A stretch of 64,000 nucleotides of DNA from Vicinamibacteria bacterium (lineage in GTDB: Bacteria > Acidobacteriota > Vicinamibacteria > Vicinamibacterales > UBA8438): contig CAUZDY010000001.1 of the NCBI GenBank assembly GCA_963578805.1, positions 8,043 to 72,042 on the forward strand, in the 5' to 3' direction. Under the pieces are notes generated by a model. The model had not been told where the DNA came from and made no database searches. It was given only the letters and a program-made list of their open reading frames with translations. Below are positions 8,384-17,282 of this stretch, piece after piece (positions within the stretch are counted from its first letter, which is position 1; the number at the start of each line of letters is the position of its first letter). The position numbers and the translations under genes are program-made.

Positions 8384-10228
8384 ATGTGCGGCATCATCGG
8401 CTACATCGGATCGAAAGACGTCGTCTCAGTTTTGGTCGACGGCCTACGCCGACTCGAGTATCGCGGCTACGATTCCGCAGGCGTCGCCCTCGTTGAGGGG
8501 GCTCACGTCGAGGTGCGCCGCAGCGCGGGCAAGCTGTCCCGGCTCGAAGAAGTCATCCGTTCGCACCCGGTCAAAGGTGACTACGGGTTAGGACACACGC
8601 GATGGGCTACACACGGACGACCGACCGAAGAAAACGCTCACCCCCTTCGCGATTGCACCGGCAAGATCGTTGTCGTCCACAACGGGATCATCGAAAACTA
8701 CCTCGACCTGAAGTGCCAGCTTGAGGTTGAAGGACACCGCTTCGAGACTGAGACCGATACGGAGGTCGTGGCCCATCTCGTCGAACGCGAAACGCGCGAC
8801 GACGGTCTGGAGAATGCTGTCCGCCGGGCGGTCACTCAGCTGCGTGGGCTCTTCGGCTTAGTCCTCTTGGCAGCTGACGATCCTGGAAAAATCGTCGCGG
8901 TTCGTAATGGTCCGCCAATTGTTCTTGGGATGGGTGACGGGGAGTTTCTGGTGGCGTCAGATATCCCGGCGGTACTGGGTCATACCCGCAACGTCGTGTT
9001 CCTTGGTGACGAAGAGATGGCGATCATCACCCGGTCACAGGTGGAGTTCACAGATTTCTCAGGTCGGGCCGTCTCGAAGTTGACTGAACGGATTCACTGG
9101 GACCCAGTGATGGCCGAAAAGGCCGGATACAAGCATTTCATGCTGAAAGAGATCTTCGAGCAACCTTGGGCCATCCAGGAAACGGTGCTCGGACGATTCT
9201 CCGAGGAACAGGGCACTGTGATCCTTGGCGAACTCAATCTTTCAGACACCGAGCTGCGCAAGATCGAACAGGTCGCGATTCTTGCATGTGGGACGTCCTG
9301 GCACGCCGGTCTGGTCGGAAAGTTCTTGATCGAACAGCTCGCACGGGTTCGGGTCGACGTCGACTATGGCTCCGAGTACCGATACCGCAATCCGATCGCG
9401 GGAGGGCGTTCGCTCGCCGTCGTCATCACTCAGTCAGGTGAGACCGCGGACACCCTGGCTGCGCTACGAGAGGCGCAAAGCAAGGATGCCCAAAGTATCG
9501 CGATCTGTAACGTCGTAGGCAGCATGGCAACCCGTGACGCTGACGGAACCATCTACACCCACGCCGGTCCAGAAATCGGCGTCGCCTCGACAAAAGCCTT
9601 TACCTCGCAACTCGTGGCCCTGAATCTGCTTGCGCTGCACCTTGCTGAGGTGCGGGAAACCATTTCTGCGGATGAGGTCCAGCGGCAGATCGAGGGTCTG
9701 ACCCAGCTAACTGGACTTGTCCAGCGCACCTTGGCTTGTGATGCCACGGTCGCCATCATCGCCAAGCAGTTCTACCGATGCGCGAACTTCCTGTATCTCG
9801 GCCGCGGGATCAACTACCCGATCGCGCTCGAAGGCGCCCTCAAACTTAAAGAGATCTCATACATCCACGCCGAAGGATATCCGGCCGGTGAGATGAAACA
9901 TGGGCCGATCGCGCTGATCGATGAGAACATGCCGGTGGTGGCGTTGGTTCCCACAGGCCCCCTGTTTAACAAGATGATCGGGAACCTCCAGGAGGCCAAG
10001 ACACGCGGTGCCTCGATCATCGCGATCACTGATGCCGACCCAGAGGCGTTCAGCAGCATTCTCGACCCCGCCCAGGACTTCGTTGTCTCTATCCCGCCGG
10101 CCCACCCAATGCTGAGTCCAATTTTGATGGTGGTCCCACTTCAGCTCCTCGCGTATCACATCGCCGTGCTCCGCGGGTGCGACGTTGACCAGCCGCGCAA
10201 CCTCGCCAAGAGCGTTACCGTGGAATAG
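8384..10228 (+). CDS. glmS: Glutamine--fructose-6-phosphate aminotransferase
   Basis: 614 aa. MCGIIGY N-terminal nucleophile Cys, two SIS domains, and the canonical C-terminal AKSVTVE. Confidence 0.96.
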   Translation: MCGIIGYIGSKDVVSVLVDGLRRLEYRGYDSAGVALVEGAHVEVRRSAGKLSRLEEVIRSHPVKGDYGLGHTRWATHGRPTEENAHPLRDCTGKIVVVHNGIIENYLDLKCQLEVEGHRFETETDTEVVAHLVERETRDDGLENAVRRAVTQLRGLFGLVLLAADDPGKIVAVRNGPPIVLGMGDGEFLVASDIPAVLGHTRNVVFLGDEEMAIITRSQVEFTDFSGRAVSKLTERIHWDPVMAEKAGYKHFMLKEIFEQPWAIQETVLGRFSEEQGTVILGELNLSDTELRKIEQVAILACGTSWHAGLVGKFLIEQLARVRVDVDYGSEYRYRNPIAGGRSLAVVITQSGETADTLAALREAQSKDAQSIAICNVVGSMATRDADGTIYTHAGPEIGVASTKAFTSQLVALNLLALHLAEVRETISADEVQRQIEGLTQLTGLVQRTLACDATVAIIAKQFYRCANFLYLGRGINYPIALEGALKLKEISYIHAEGYPAGEMKHGPIALIDENMPVVALVPTGPLFNKMIGNLQEAKTRGASIIAITDADPEAFSSILDPAQDFVVSIPPAHPMLSPILMVVPLQLLAYHIAVLRGCDVDQPRNLAKSVTVE

Positions 10229-10616
10229 CTTTTAACGGGCGTGATGGAACGCCATTAAATGATGTTGATGTGTTCTTCTGTTTTGAGAAAGTCATCAAAG
10301 CTCGAAACCTTCATGGCTCTCCTATCCAACTTATCAATCTGAACTTCACGATCAGATCAAGCAACTCCATGACGACGGCATGGGGTATCGAAGATTGCTG
10401 CTGGTTAAGGAAGAAGGGGTATAAAACACCTAGTAAAGGCACCGCCACTTTCCTAATCCCCAATTTCTTGCCAAACTCTCTTTGATAAGAAACCTCCTCA
10501 CCGCCATCTGCCCGGCCGTTGCTATGCTTCTTGGACGTGCGGGATGAGTTGGGGTGCTGATTTTGAGAAGGATTTGACCGCAAAAGTTATTGGGGTTTGC
10601 TGAAGGAAATACAAAC

Positions 10617-10895
10617 GTGCCTAGATACATAATCGAACGAGATATCCCAGGAATTGGAAGTGCAGAACGAGAACAGTTACGGGACGCAGCAAAGAAGTCG
10701 AATGAAGTCCTGCGCCAGTTGGGTCCTAGCATTCAATGGGTGGAGACATATGTTGCGGGTGAAAAGACCTTTTGTGTCTACCTTGCTGACAACGAGGAAC
10801 TGATTCACAAGCACGCAGAGATTAGCGGTTTTCCCGCCACCAAGGTGACTGAGATTCGGAAAGTGATCGATCCGACAACGGAGCAGGCAGGCTGA
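10617..10895 (+). CDS. DUF4242-domain protein
   Basis: The ORF track gives 10590..10895. The likely start is the GTG at 10617 (MPRYIIERDIPGIG...WVETYVAGEKTFCVYLADNEELIHKHAEISGFPATKVTEI), which fits the DUF4242 pattern. It lies in a low-GC patch. Confidence 0.6.
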   Translation: MPRYIIERDIPGIGSAEREQLRDAAKKSNEVLRQLGPSIQWVETYVAGEKTFCVYLADNEELIHKHAEISGFPATKVTEIRKVIDPTTEQAG

Positions 10896-10993
10896 ATGTG
10901 TCCTTCAGAAATACAAAATCCGTTAAGTAGAGTCGTTACAAGAAATCAACTCCGCAAATTTGGAATCGCTGTGATGGTCGAGTAGGCTCGACC

Positions 10994-13270
10994 GTGCAGT
11001 TCCTCGAACACCTCAACCCTGAACAACGCCGGGCCGTCCTTCACCGCGACGGTCCGTTGCTTATTCTGGCAGGCGCTGGGTCGGGCAAGACAAGAGTCAT
11101 TTCCTACCGCACGGCGTATCTGATTGGTGATGGTCACGCACGGCCGGACCAAGTCCTGGCCGTGACATTCACAAACAAAGCAGCTGAAGAGATGCGGGAA
11201 CGAGTGGAACAGCTGCTGGGGACATCCTCGCCTGGACTCTGGCTTTCGACGTTCCACGCGTTCTGTGCCCGTTTGCTCCGACGAGAGGGTCCACTCGTTG
11301 GGCTCTCCCGCGACTTTGTCATCTACGATTCGTCGGACCAGTTGACCGTCATTAAACGCGCCATGCGAGTGCTGGATGTCGACGAACGCATCACGTCGCC
11401 GCGCGCGCTGTTGAGTCGGATCAGTCACGTCAAAAACCAGATGCAGGCACCCGAGAACCTCCTGGAATCAGGATTCAATTACCGGGACGAGCAGGTCGCC
11501 AAGGTCTACAAGGCTTATGCGCGGACGCTCGGAGAATCCAACGCAGTGGACTTCGACGACCTTCTGCTCAAGGCGGTCGAGTTATTCGATACCTCGTCCT
11601 CGGCCCGCGCTCGGTATGCAGAGCGTTTTCGCTATGTCATGGTCGATGAATATCAGGATACGAACCGTCCGCAGTATCTATTGATCCGTCATCTCGCCAC
11701 CCATCGGAATCTGTGTGTGGTCGGAGATCCCGACCAATCCATCTACAAATGGCGCGGCGCCGACGTCGGCAATATCCTTGCGTTTGAGAAAGATTTTCCC
11801 GATGCCGTTGTCGTTCGGCTCGAACAAAATTACCGCTCAACCCAGGTGATTCTCGATGCGGCCTCCGGCATCATCAGTCAGAACCGCGATCGACAGGACA
11901 AGCGGCTCTGGACCGACCGTCACGGGGGTGACCCTGTCACGTGCCACCGCGCCCACGACGAACTGGAGGAGGCGGACTTCATTGTGTCAACGCTCCGGCA
12001 CGGCCTTGCGGGCGATTGCGACAGCGTCGCCGTCCTCTACCGCACCAACTCGCAGTCACGAGCCATTGAGGACGCGCTGACGCGGGAGGGGATCCCGTAT
12101 CGCATTGTCGGCAATGTTCGGTTCTACGAGCGAAAAGAAATCAAAGACGCACTCTCCTATCTTAGGCTTGCGCTCAACCGTGATGACGATGTCAGTCTGC
12201 GACGAGTGATCAATGTTCCAGCCCGAGGCATCGGGAAGCGCGTGATGGAAGCGCTCGAGCATATCAACCCTGAACCGCCTCCATCTGACGCACCGCTCTT
12301 GGCCGACACAGAGCCCGAGACCCCACCCCTATCGCGGTCGCTATGGTCTCGCCTGGACCGTGCCGTCGGCGAAAAGCTGGTCCCGACGAGAGCCCTGACG
12401 GCGTTGGGTCGGTTTCGAACGATTATCGAGAACTTGAATGCCGTAGCCAGGGACGAACCGGCGTCAGTGACACTCGCGAAGGCGCTCGACCAAAGCGGGT
12501 ACATCCAGGCGCTGCGCGAGGCCGGGACCGAAGAGGCTGAGAATCGGTTGGGCAATCTTCAGGAGCTGGTCTCAGCCGCCCGCGACTACGAAATTCGCGA
12601 GACCGACGCCAGCGTGAGCGGGTTTGTCGACCGGTTATCGCTGCTCTCCGAAACCGATAAGACAAAGGGCGATCGAGATGCGCGTGTGTGGCTCATGACG
12701 CTCCACGCGGCAAAGGGACTCGAGTTTCCTTTGGTAGTGATCGCTGGCCTGGAAGAAGGGCTCTTTCCGCATGCACGATCGGTTCAAGACGACGCAGAAC
12801 TCGAAGAGGAACGACGACTCTGCTATGTGGGCATGACCCGCGCCCAATCTCGACTTGTGCTTACGAGCGCGTCGCGCCGCCGGGTCTTCGGCGAGTATCA
12901 GGCAACCGAACCGTCGAGATTCCTAGGCGAGCTGCCAACTGACCTGGTCGAGGAAGTCGAACCGGCTGCGGCCCCGGTCCGCGTGGCTCGGACCTGGCAG
13001 TCCCGGTCCAATGGGTGGACCGGTCATGGCGCGCGCAACCGGCATTACGGCGATGAGACCAAGCAGCCACCGGCCTTCTACGACGCTGCGGGAGAGGACC
13101 AGTCCGCAACCCACGTCCGTCCAGGCATGCGTGTCCGTCACGCGACCTTCGGCCTCGGCACCGTCGAATCAGTCGAGCCGCTACAAGATGACGTCAAGCT
13201 CATCGTGCGGTTTGAAGCCGTCGGACCCAAGAAACTTTTAGGCAAGTACGCCAAGTTGGAGCCCGTGTGA
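10994..13270 (+). CDS. pcrA: ATP-dependent DNA helicase, UvrD/PcrA family
   Basis: 758 aa. Walker A AGAGSGKTRV; DEYQDTN; the remaining SF1 helicase motifs; C-terminal GMRVRHATFGLGTV Tudor-like tail. Confidence 0.9.
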   Translation: MQFLEHLNPEQRRAVLHRDGPLLILAGAGSGKTRVISYRTAYLIGDGHARPDQVLAVTFTNKAAEEMRERVEQLLGTSSPGLWLSTFHAFCARLLRREGPLVGLSRDFVIYDSSDQLTVIKRAMRVLDVDERITSPRALLSRISHVKNQMQAPENLLESGFNYRDEQVAKVYKAYARTLGESNAVDFDDLLLKAVELFDTSSSARARYAERFRYVMVDEYQDTNRPQYLLIRHLATHRNLCVVGDPDQSIYKWRGADVGNILAFEKDFPDAVVVRLEQNYRSTQVILDAASGIISQNRDRQDKRLWTDRHGGDPVTCHRAHDELEEADFIVSTLRHGLAGDCDSVAVLYRTNSQSRAIEDALTREGIPYRIVGNVRFYERKEIKDALSYLRLALNRDDDVSLRRVINVPARGIGKRVMEALEHINPEPPPSDAPLLADTEPETPPLSRSLWSRLDRAVGEKLVPTRALTALGRFRTIIENLNAVARDEPASVTLAKALDQSGYIQALREAGTEEAENRLGNLQELVSAARDYEIRETDASVSGFVDRLSLLSETDKTKGDRDARVWLMTLHAAKGLEFPLVVIAGLEEGLFPHARSVQDDAELEEERRLCYVGMTRAQSRLVLTSASRRRVFGEYQATEPSRFLGELPTDLVEEVEPAAAPVRVARTWQSRSNGWTGHGARNRHYGDETKQPPAFYDAAGEDQSATHVRPGMRVRHATFGLGTVESVEPLQDDVKLIVRFEAVGPKKLLGKYAKLEPV

Positions 13271-13293
13271 CGGTGCGGTAGAATCCTCTCGCC

Positions 13294-13821
13294 ATGTCGG
13301 ATGCAGGTCCGAGATCATTTAAACAATTTGCCGTCTTCGTAATGTTGTTCGCCTTTTGGCTCGTGTTCTCAGGTCACTTCGACGTCTTTCACGTGAGTCT
13401 GGGTCTCATTTGCAGTGTCACGGTGGCCACACTGTCATACGACTTGGTGCTCTCCGATACCCTGTCCTCCAGAACGGCGATGATCGCATGGCGGTTTGTG
13501 CAGTACACCCCGTGGCTACTCTACGAGGTCGTCGTCGCCAATTTCCATGTACTGGCTCTGGTGCTCCAACCCGGGCGTATCCGACCTCAGGTTGTGCGGT
13601 TCAAAACCGCCCTCACGAGTGACTTGGCCAAAGTCACGCTCGCGAACTCGATTACGCTGACGCCGGGAACGATCACGATGGATGTCGACGGCGACGAGTT
13701 CTATGTTCACGCGGTGAGCGACGAGGCGGCGCAGTCGGTAAAATTGGACGATATGGAACGACGTGTGGCCTATGTCTTCTTCGAGCCCAGAGACGCCGGC
13801 CGACCCGTCGGGAAACCCTAG
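13294..13821 (+). CDS. mrpE: Mrp/Mnh antiporter subunit E
   Basis: 175 aa membrane protein. SITLTPGTITMDVDGDEFYVHAV is typical of MnhE. Confidence 0.8.
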   Translation: MSDAGPRSFKQFAVFVMLFAFWLVFSGHFDVFHVSLGLICSVTVATLSYDLVLSDTLSSRTAMIAWRFVQYTPWLLYEVVVANFHVLALVLQPGRIRPQVVRFKTALTSDLAKVTLANSITLTPGTITMDVDGDEFYVHAVSDEAAQSVKLDDMERRVAYVFFEPRDAGRPVGKP

Positions 13822-13841
13822 CGCTAGAACGAACGTAACCC

Positions 13842-14129
13842 GTGACCGACACCTTCTTTTTGAATGTCTCTATCGCCATTCTGCTCGCAGTATTGGTGGC
13901 ACTCTATCGGGTCCTCGTGGGCCCAAACATCATCGACCGCATCGTCGGCGTCAACGTGATTGGCACGAAAACCATCACCGTTATCGTATTAACCGGGTAT
14001 CTGTTCGAACGGGTCGAATTCTTCATCGACATCGCCTTCTTGTACGCCCTGATCAACTTCGTCGGTACGCTGGCCTTGTCGAAGTACTTCGAACAGAAAG
14101 GGGTCGAACACCCAGGGTCGACGCCATGA
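13842..14129 (+). CDS. mrpF: Mrp/Mnh antiporter subunit F
   Basis: 95 aa. LYRVLVGPNIIDRIVGVNVIGTK is an MnhF signature. Confidence 0.8.
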   Translation: MTDTFFLNVSIAILLAVLVALYRVLVGPNIIDRIVGVNVIGTKTITVIVLTGYLFERVEFFIDIAFLYALINFVGTLALSKYFEQKGVEHPGSTP

Positions 14130-14428
14130 ATCTCGTGTCTGGCTTTCTGGTTGTCTCCGGTGTGTTTTTTCTTTTTATGGGCGCGGTCGGTTTGGTCCGG
14201 TTTCCGGACTTCTACTCGAGAATGCACGCCGCCGGGAAATGCGACACGCTGGGGAGCCTCCTGGTGCTGACGGGACTCGCCGGCCACGAGGGGCTCGGAC
14301 TCACGAGTGTGAAGCTCATGACCATTGCCGTGTTCATCTTTTTCACCAGTCCCACCGCGACGCACGCTATCGTCAGAGCCGCCCATAAGAATCGTGTGCC
14401 GTTTTGGAACCAGGGAGACCGCACATGA
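14126..14428 (+). CDS. mrpG: Mrp/Mnh antiporter subunit G
   Basis: The ATG at 14126 overlaps the mrpF stop (ATGA). MNLVSGFLVVSGVFFLFMGAVGLVRFPDFYSRMHAAGKCDTLG is an MnhG signature. Confidence 0.8.
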   Translation: MNLVSGFLVVSGVFFLFMGAVGLVRFPDFYSRMHAAGKCDTLGSLLVLTGLAGHEGLGLTSVKLMTIAVFIFFTSPTATHAIVRAAHKNRVPFWNQGDRT

Positions 14429-14670
14429 TCTGGCAACTCGACATCGCCCTCCTGGCACTGACCGTGATCTGCGCAGTTGCGGCGGTGTCCGTTCGTGATT
14501 TACTGGCGTCGGTTGTCCTGCTCGGTGCTTTCAGCCTCTTTATGTGCTTGCTGTGGGTCGAGATGGGCGCCGTGGATGTCGCGTTTACCGAAGCAGCGGT
14601 GGGCGCCGGGGTAACAACCGTGTTTTTCGTCGTGACCGTCTTAAAAACGGAGCGGGTGAGCAAGGATTGA
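14425..14670 (+). CDS. DUF4040 / MbhD-like small membrane subunit
   Basis: The ATG at 14425 overlaps the mrpG stop (ATGA). MIWQLDIALLALTVICAVAAVSVRDLLASVVLLGAFSLFMCLLWVEMGAVDVAFTEAAVGAG resembles MbhD and the MrpA C-terminal module. Confidence 0.65.
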   Translation: MIWQLDIALLALTVICAVAAVSVRDLLASVVLLGAFSLFMCLLWVEMGAVDVAFTEAAVGAGVTTVFFVVTVLKTERVSKD

Positions 14671-14957
14671 AGTATCTGAATCTCGTCGTGACGGGGTTAA
14701 CCGGGTTGCTCCTCATCTTAGGGTCGCTTGGCATGCCAGAAACCGGTGATCCTCAGTCACCAGCCTCACTACATGTCTCACCGCGCTATATCGAACAAGG
14801 CCTCGAAGAAACCATCGTGCCTAACATGGTGACGGCGGTATTGGCTGACTACCGGAGTTTTGACACCTTAGGTGAAGCGACCGTGATCTTCACGGGGGCG
14901 CTAACTGTGCTTCTCATCCTGCGAACGGGACGTAAAGATGAAGCGGAGGATTCGTGA
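14667..14957 (+). CDS. MbhE-like / MnhB N-terminal-like small membrane subunit
   Basis: The TTG at 14667 overlaps the preceding stop. It contains PNMVTAVLADYRSFDTLGE, which is characteristic of the MnhB family. Confidence 0.55.
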   Translation: MKYLNLVVTGLTGLLLILGSLGMPETGDPQSPASLHVSPRYIEQGLEETIVPNMVTAVLADYRSFDTLGEATVIFTGALTVLLILRTGRKDEAEDS

Positions 14958-15370
14958 GAGGCGGCCAAGAGAGCATCGTCATCAGGACAATCTGTCGGCT
15001 CGCAGTTCCGTTTGTCCAGATCTTCGGACTGTACGTGATCATGCACGGTCACAGCAGTCCAGGTGGGGGGTTTCAAGGCGGGGTGATCCTCGCAGCCAGC
15101 TTTATGCTGTTGGCCATCGGCGATAGCCTTGAGGAGGCGCGGCGAAGATTCTCCACAAAAGCCGTCACAGTTTTACTCTCCGCCGGCGTTCTCATCTATG
15201 CGAGTATCGGCGTCGTGTGCCTCGTCCTCGGCGCAAACTTCCTTGACTACGGCATCCTGCCTGTGCCCGAGCCGAGAAACATCGGCATGCTCGGCATTGA
15301 AATCGGCGTCGGGGCGACCGTCATGGCGGCAACGGTCTCAATTTTCAACGACCTCATCACGTTCGAGTAG
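14954..15370 (+). CDS. mrpB: Mrp/Mnh antiporter subunit B
   Basis: 138 aa, GTGA overlap with the preceding gene. HGHSSPGGGFQGGVILAASF is the MnhB core motif. Confidence 0.8.
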   Translation: MRGGQESIVIRTICRLAVPFVQIFGLYVIMHGHSSPGGGFQGGVILAASFMLLAIGDSLEEARRRFSTKAVTVLLSAGVLIYASIGVVCLVLGANFLDYGILPVPEPRNIGMLGIEIGVGATVMAATVSIFNDLITFE

Positions 15371-15377
15371 GCGGAAT

Positions 15378-15770
15378 ATGCTCGAATTCGTCATCGGCCA
15401 CTTTAACAATGTGACGTACATCATCTTGATGATGATCGGTTTCCACGCCATGACCGGTAAGACCAACCTGGTCAAGAAGGTCGTCGGTATGAATATTTTT
15501 CAGTGGTCAATCATCCTGTTCATCGTGTCGCTCGCGGCCAAGCGCGGTGGCACGATCCCGATCGTCCTGGGAAGCCACGATCATGGTGGGTCGCCGGTGA
15601 TCAGGGCTGCGCAGTACGTGAATCCCTTGCCACATGTCCTCATGCTGACAGCCATCGTTGTGGGTCTTGCCACCACCGGCGTGGCACTGTCCCTCCTGCT
15701 TCGGATCTACAAGAGGTACGGGACACTCGAAGAAGACGAGCTGTTCGAGAAGATAGAAACGTCGGAATGA
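15378..15770 (+). CDS. mrpC: Mrp/Mnh antiporter subunit C (NuoK-like)
   Basis: ATG at 15378, in frame with track ORF 15129..15770. 130 aa with three TM helices, NuoK/MnhC-like. Confidence 0.75.
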   Translation: MLEFVIGHFNNVTYIILMMIGFHAMTGKTNLVKKVVGMNIFQWSIILFIVSLAAKRGGTIPIVLGSHDHGGSPVIRAAQYVNPLPHVLMLTAIVVGLATTGVALSLLLRIYKRYGTLEEDELFEKIETSE

Positions 15771-17278
15771 ACATCCATCAGTCGGCGATGCCGGTCCTCA
15801 TCGTCGTCATTCCGCTACTCACAGCGTTTGTGCTGCCGCTGGTCGAGTTGTGGAGACGGAGCCTCGTGTTTCCTTTGGCGCTTGCCGCGCTTGTGGCCTC
15901 TTTTGGCAGCTCGATTCTGGTGGCGCGCGAAATTCTTACTAACGGTCCCGTCGAGTACTACATGGGCGGATGGGAACCGCCGTGGGGCATCGCGTTTCGT
16001 ATTGACCACCTCAGCGCGCTGATTTTGTTGCTACTGGGTTCCATCACGCTGCTGGTGGGCATTTACTCGAAGCGGAGCATCCTCAAAGAGCTCCCGGAGA
16101 AAGAAGCGCCGTTCTACAGCGTCTATCTGTTACTGGTGGCCGGGCTCACCGGGATGGTTGCGACCGCTGACATGTTCAACTTGTATGTCTTCCTTGAGAT
16201 CTCGTCTTTGGCCAGTTACGGCCTGGTCTCGCTCGGTCGCGGCCGCGCCATCGTCTCGGCATTCCGCTACGTCATTCTCGGAACCGTTGGCGCAGCGTTC
16301 TACCTCCTCGGTGTGGGCTATCTGTATGCGGTCACCGGATCGCTGAATATGGCTGACCTGGCGCTTATTCTCCCACCGTTGTACGACTCGAACGCCGTCC
16401 TCGTTGGATTCGCATTTCTCGTTATCGGAATCGCGATCAAGATGGCGCTGTTCCCGATGCACGCCTGGCTGCCGGGGGCGTATTCCAACGCCCCATCTGC
16501 CGTCAGCGCCCTGATCGCCGCCACCACGACCAAGGTCGCCGCCTACGTCCTCGTGCGAGTGATCTTCTTCGTCTTCGAGCCACGTTTCTCCATCGATACG
16601 ATCCCGGTCACGACGCTCCTGAGCTGGATGGGAGCGATCGCCATGCTCTTGGGCTCGGTGATGGCGATTGCACAGTCAGACCTTAAAAGGATGCTGGCGT
16701 ACTCCTCCGTCGCACAGATCGGCTACATCGTCCTGGGCGTGGGGTTGGCCAACGCAATGGGCTTCACCGGCGGAATTTTACACCTCGTTAACCATGCGTT
16801 CATGAAGGGCGGCCTCTTCCTGGTCGCTGGAGCGATCGTCTATCGGACAGGACATCGGGAGATTAAGAATTTTCGGTTTCTCTCCGTCCGGATGCCGTGG
16901 ACCGCAGCGACATTCACCGTCTGTGCCCTGGCGATGATCGGAATCCCACCGACCGGTGGATTTTTCAGCAAGCTGTATCTGATTCTCGGCGCGATCGCAG
17001 CGGGCCAGTGGGTGTTTGTGGCCGTCATCCTATCGAGCAGTGTGCTCGCCCTGACCTACTTGGTCAATGTTATCCGCTATATGTATTTCCCTCCACCGGC
17101 GGCCGAGGCTTCACCGGAGGACACGACGGCCGGGACACTCATCCGCGACGAAGCTCCTGTCGCCATGTTAGCGCCGATGCTGATCTTGGCCGTCGGGATC
17201 ATTCTCCTCGGCCTGTTCAACGGCGAGATCGTGTCACTGTTCATCGATCCGTCCATTCCGGAGCGACTTCTAAGGTAA
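15767..17278 (+). CDS. mrpD: Mrp antiporter-like subunit D (NuoN/M-like)
   Basis: The ATG at 15767 overlaps the mrpC stop (ATGA). 503 aa polytopic proton-translocating antiporter-like subunit (WLPGAYSNAPSAVSALIAATTTKVAAY). Confidence 0.8.
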   Translation: MNIHQSAMPVLIVVIPLLTAFVLPLVELWRRSLVFPLALAALVASFGSSILVAREILTNGPVEYYMGGWEPPWGIAFRIDHLSALILLLLGSITLLVGIYSKRSILKELPEKEAPFYSVYLLLVAGLTGMVATADMFNLYVFLEISSLASYGLVSLGRGRAIVSAFRYVILGTVGAAFYLLGVGYLYAVTGSLNMADLALILPPLYDSNAVLVGFAFLVIGIAIKMALFPMHAWLPGAYSNAPSAVSALIAATTTKVAAYVLVRVIFFVFEPRFSIDTIPVTTLLSWMGAIAMLLGSVMAIAQSDLKRMLAYSSVAQIGYIVLGVGLANAMGFTGGILHLVNHAFMKGGLFLVAGAIVYRTGHREIKNFRFLSVRMPWTAATFTVCALAMIGIPPTGGFFSKLYLILGAIAAGQWVFVAVILSSSVLALTYLVNVIRYMYFPPPAAEASPEDTTAGTLIRDEAPVAMLAPMLILAVGIILLGLFNGEIVSLFIDPSIPERLLR

Positions 17279-17282
17279 GACG

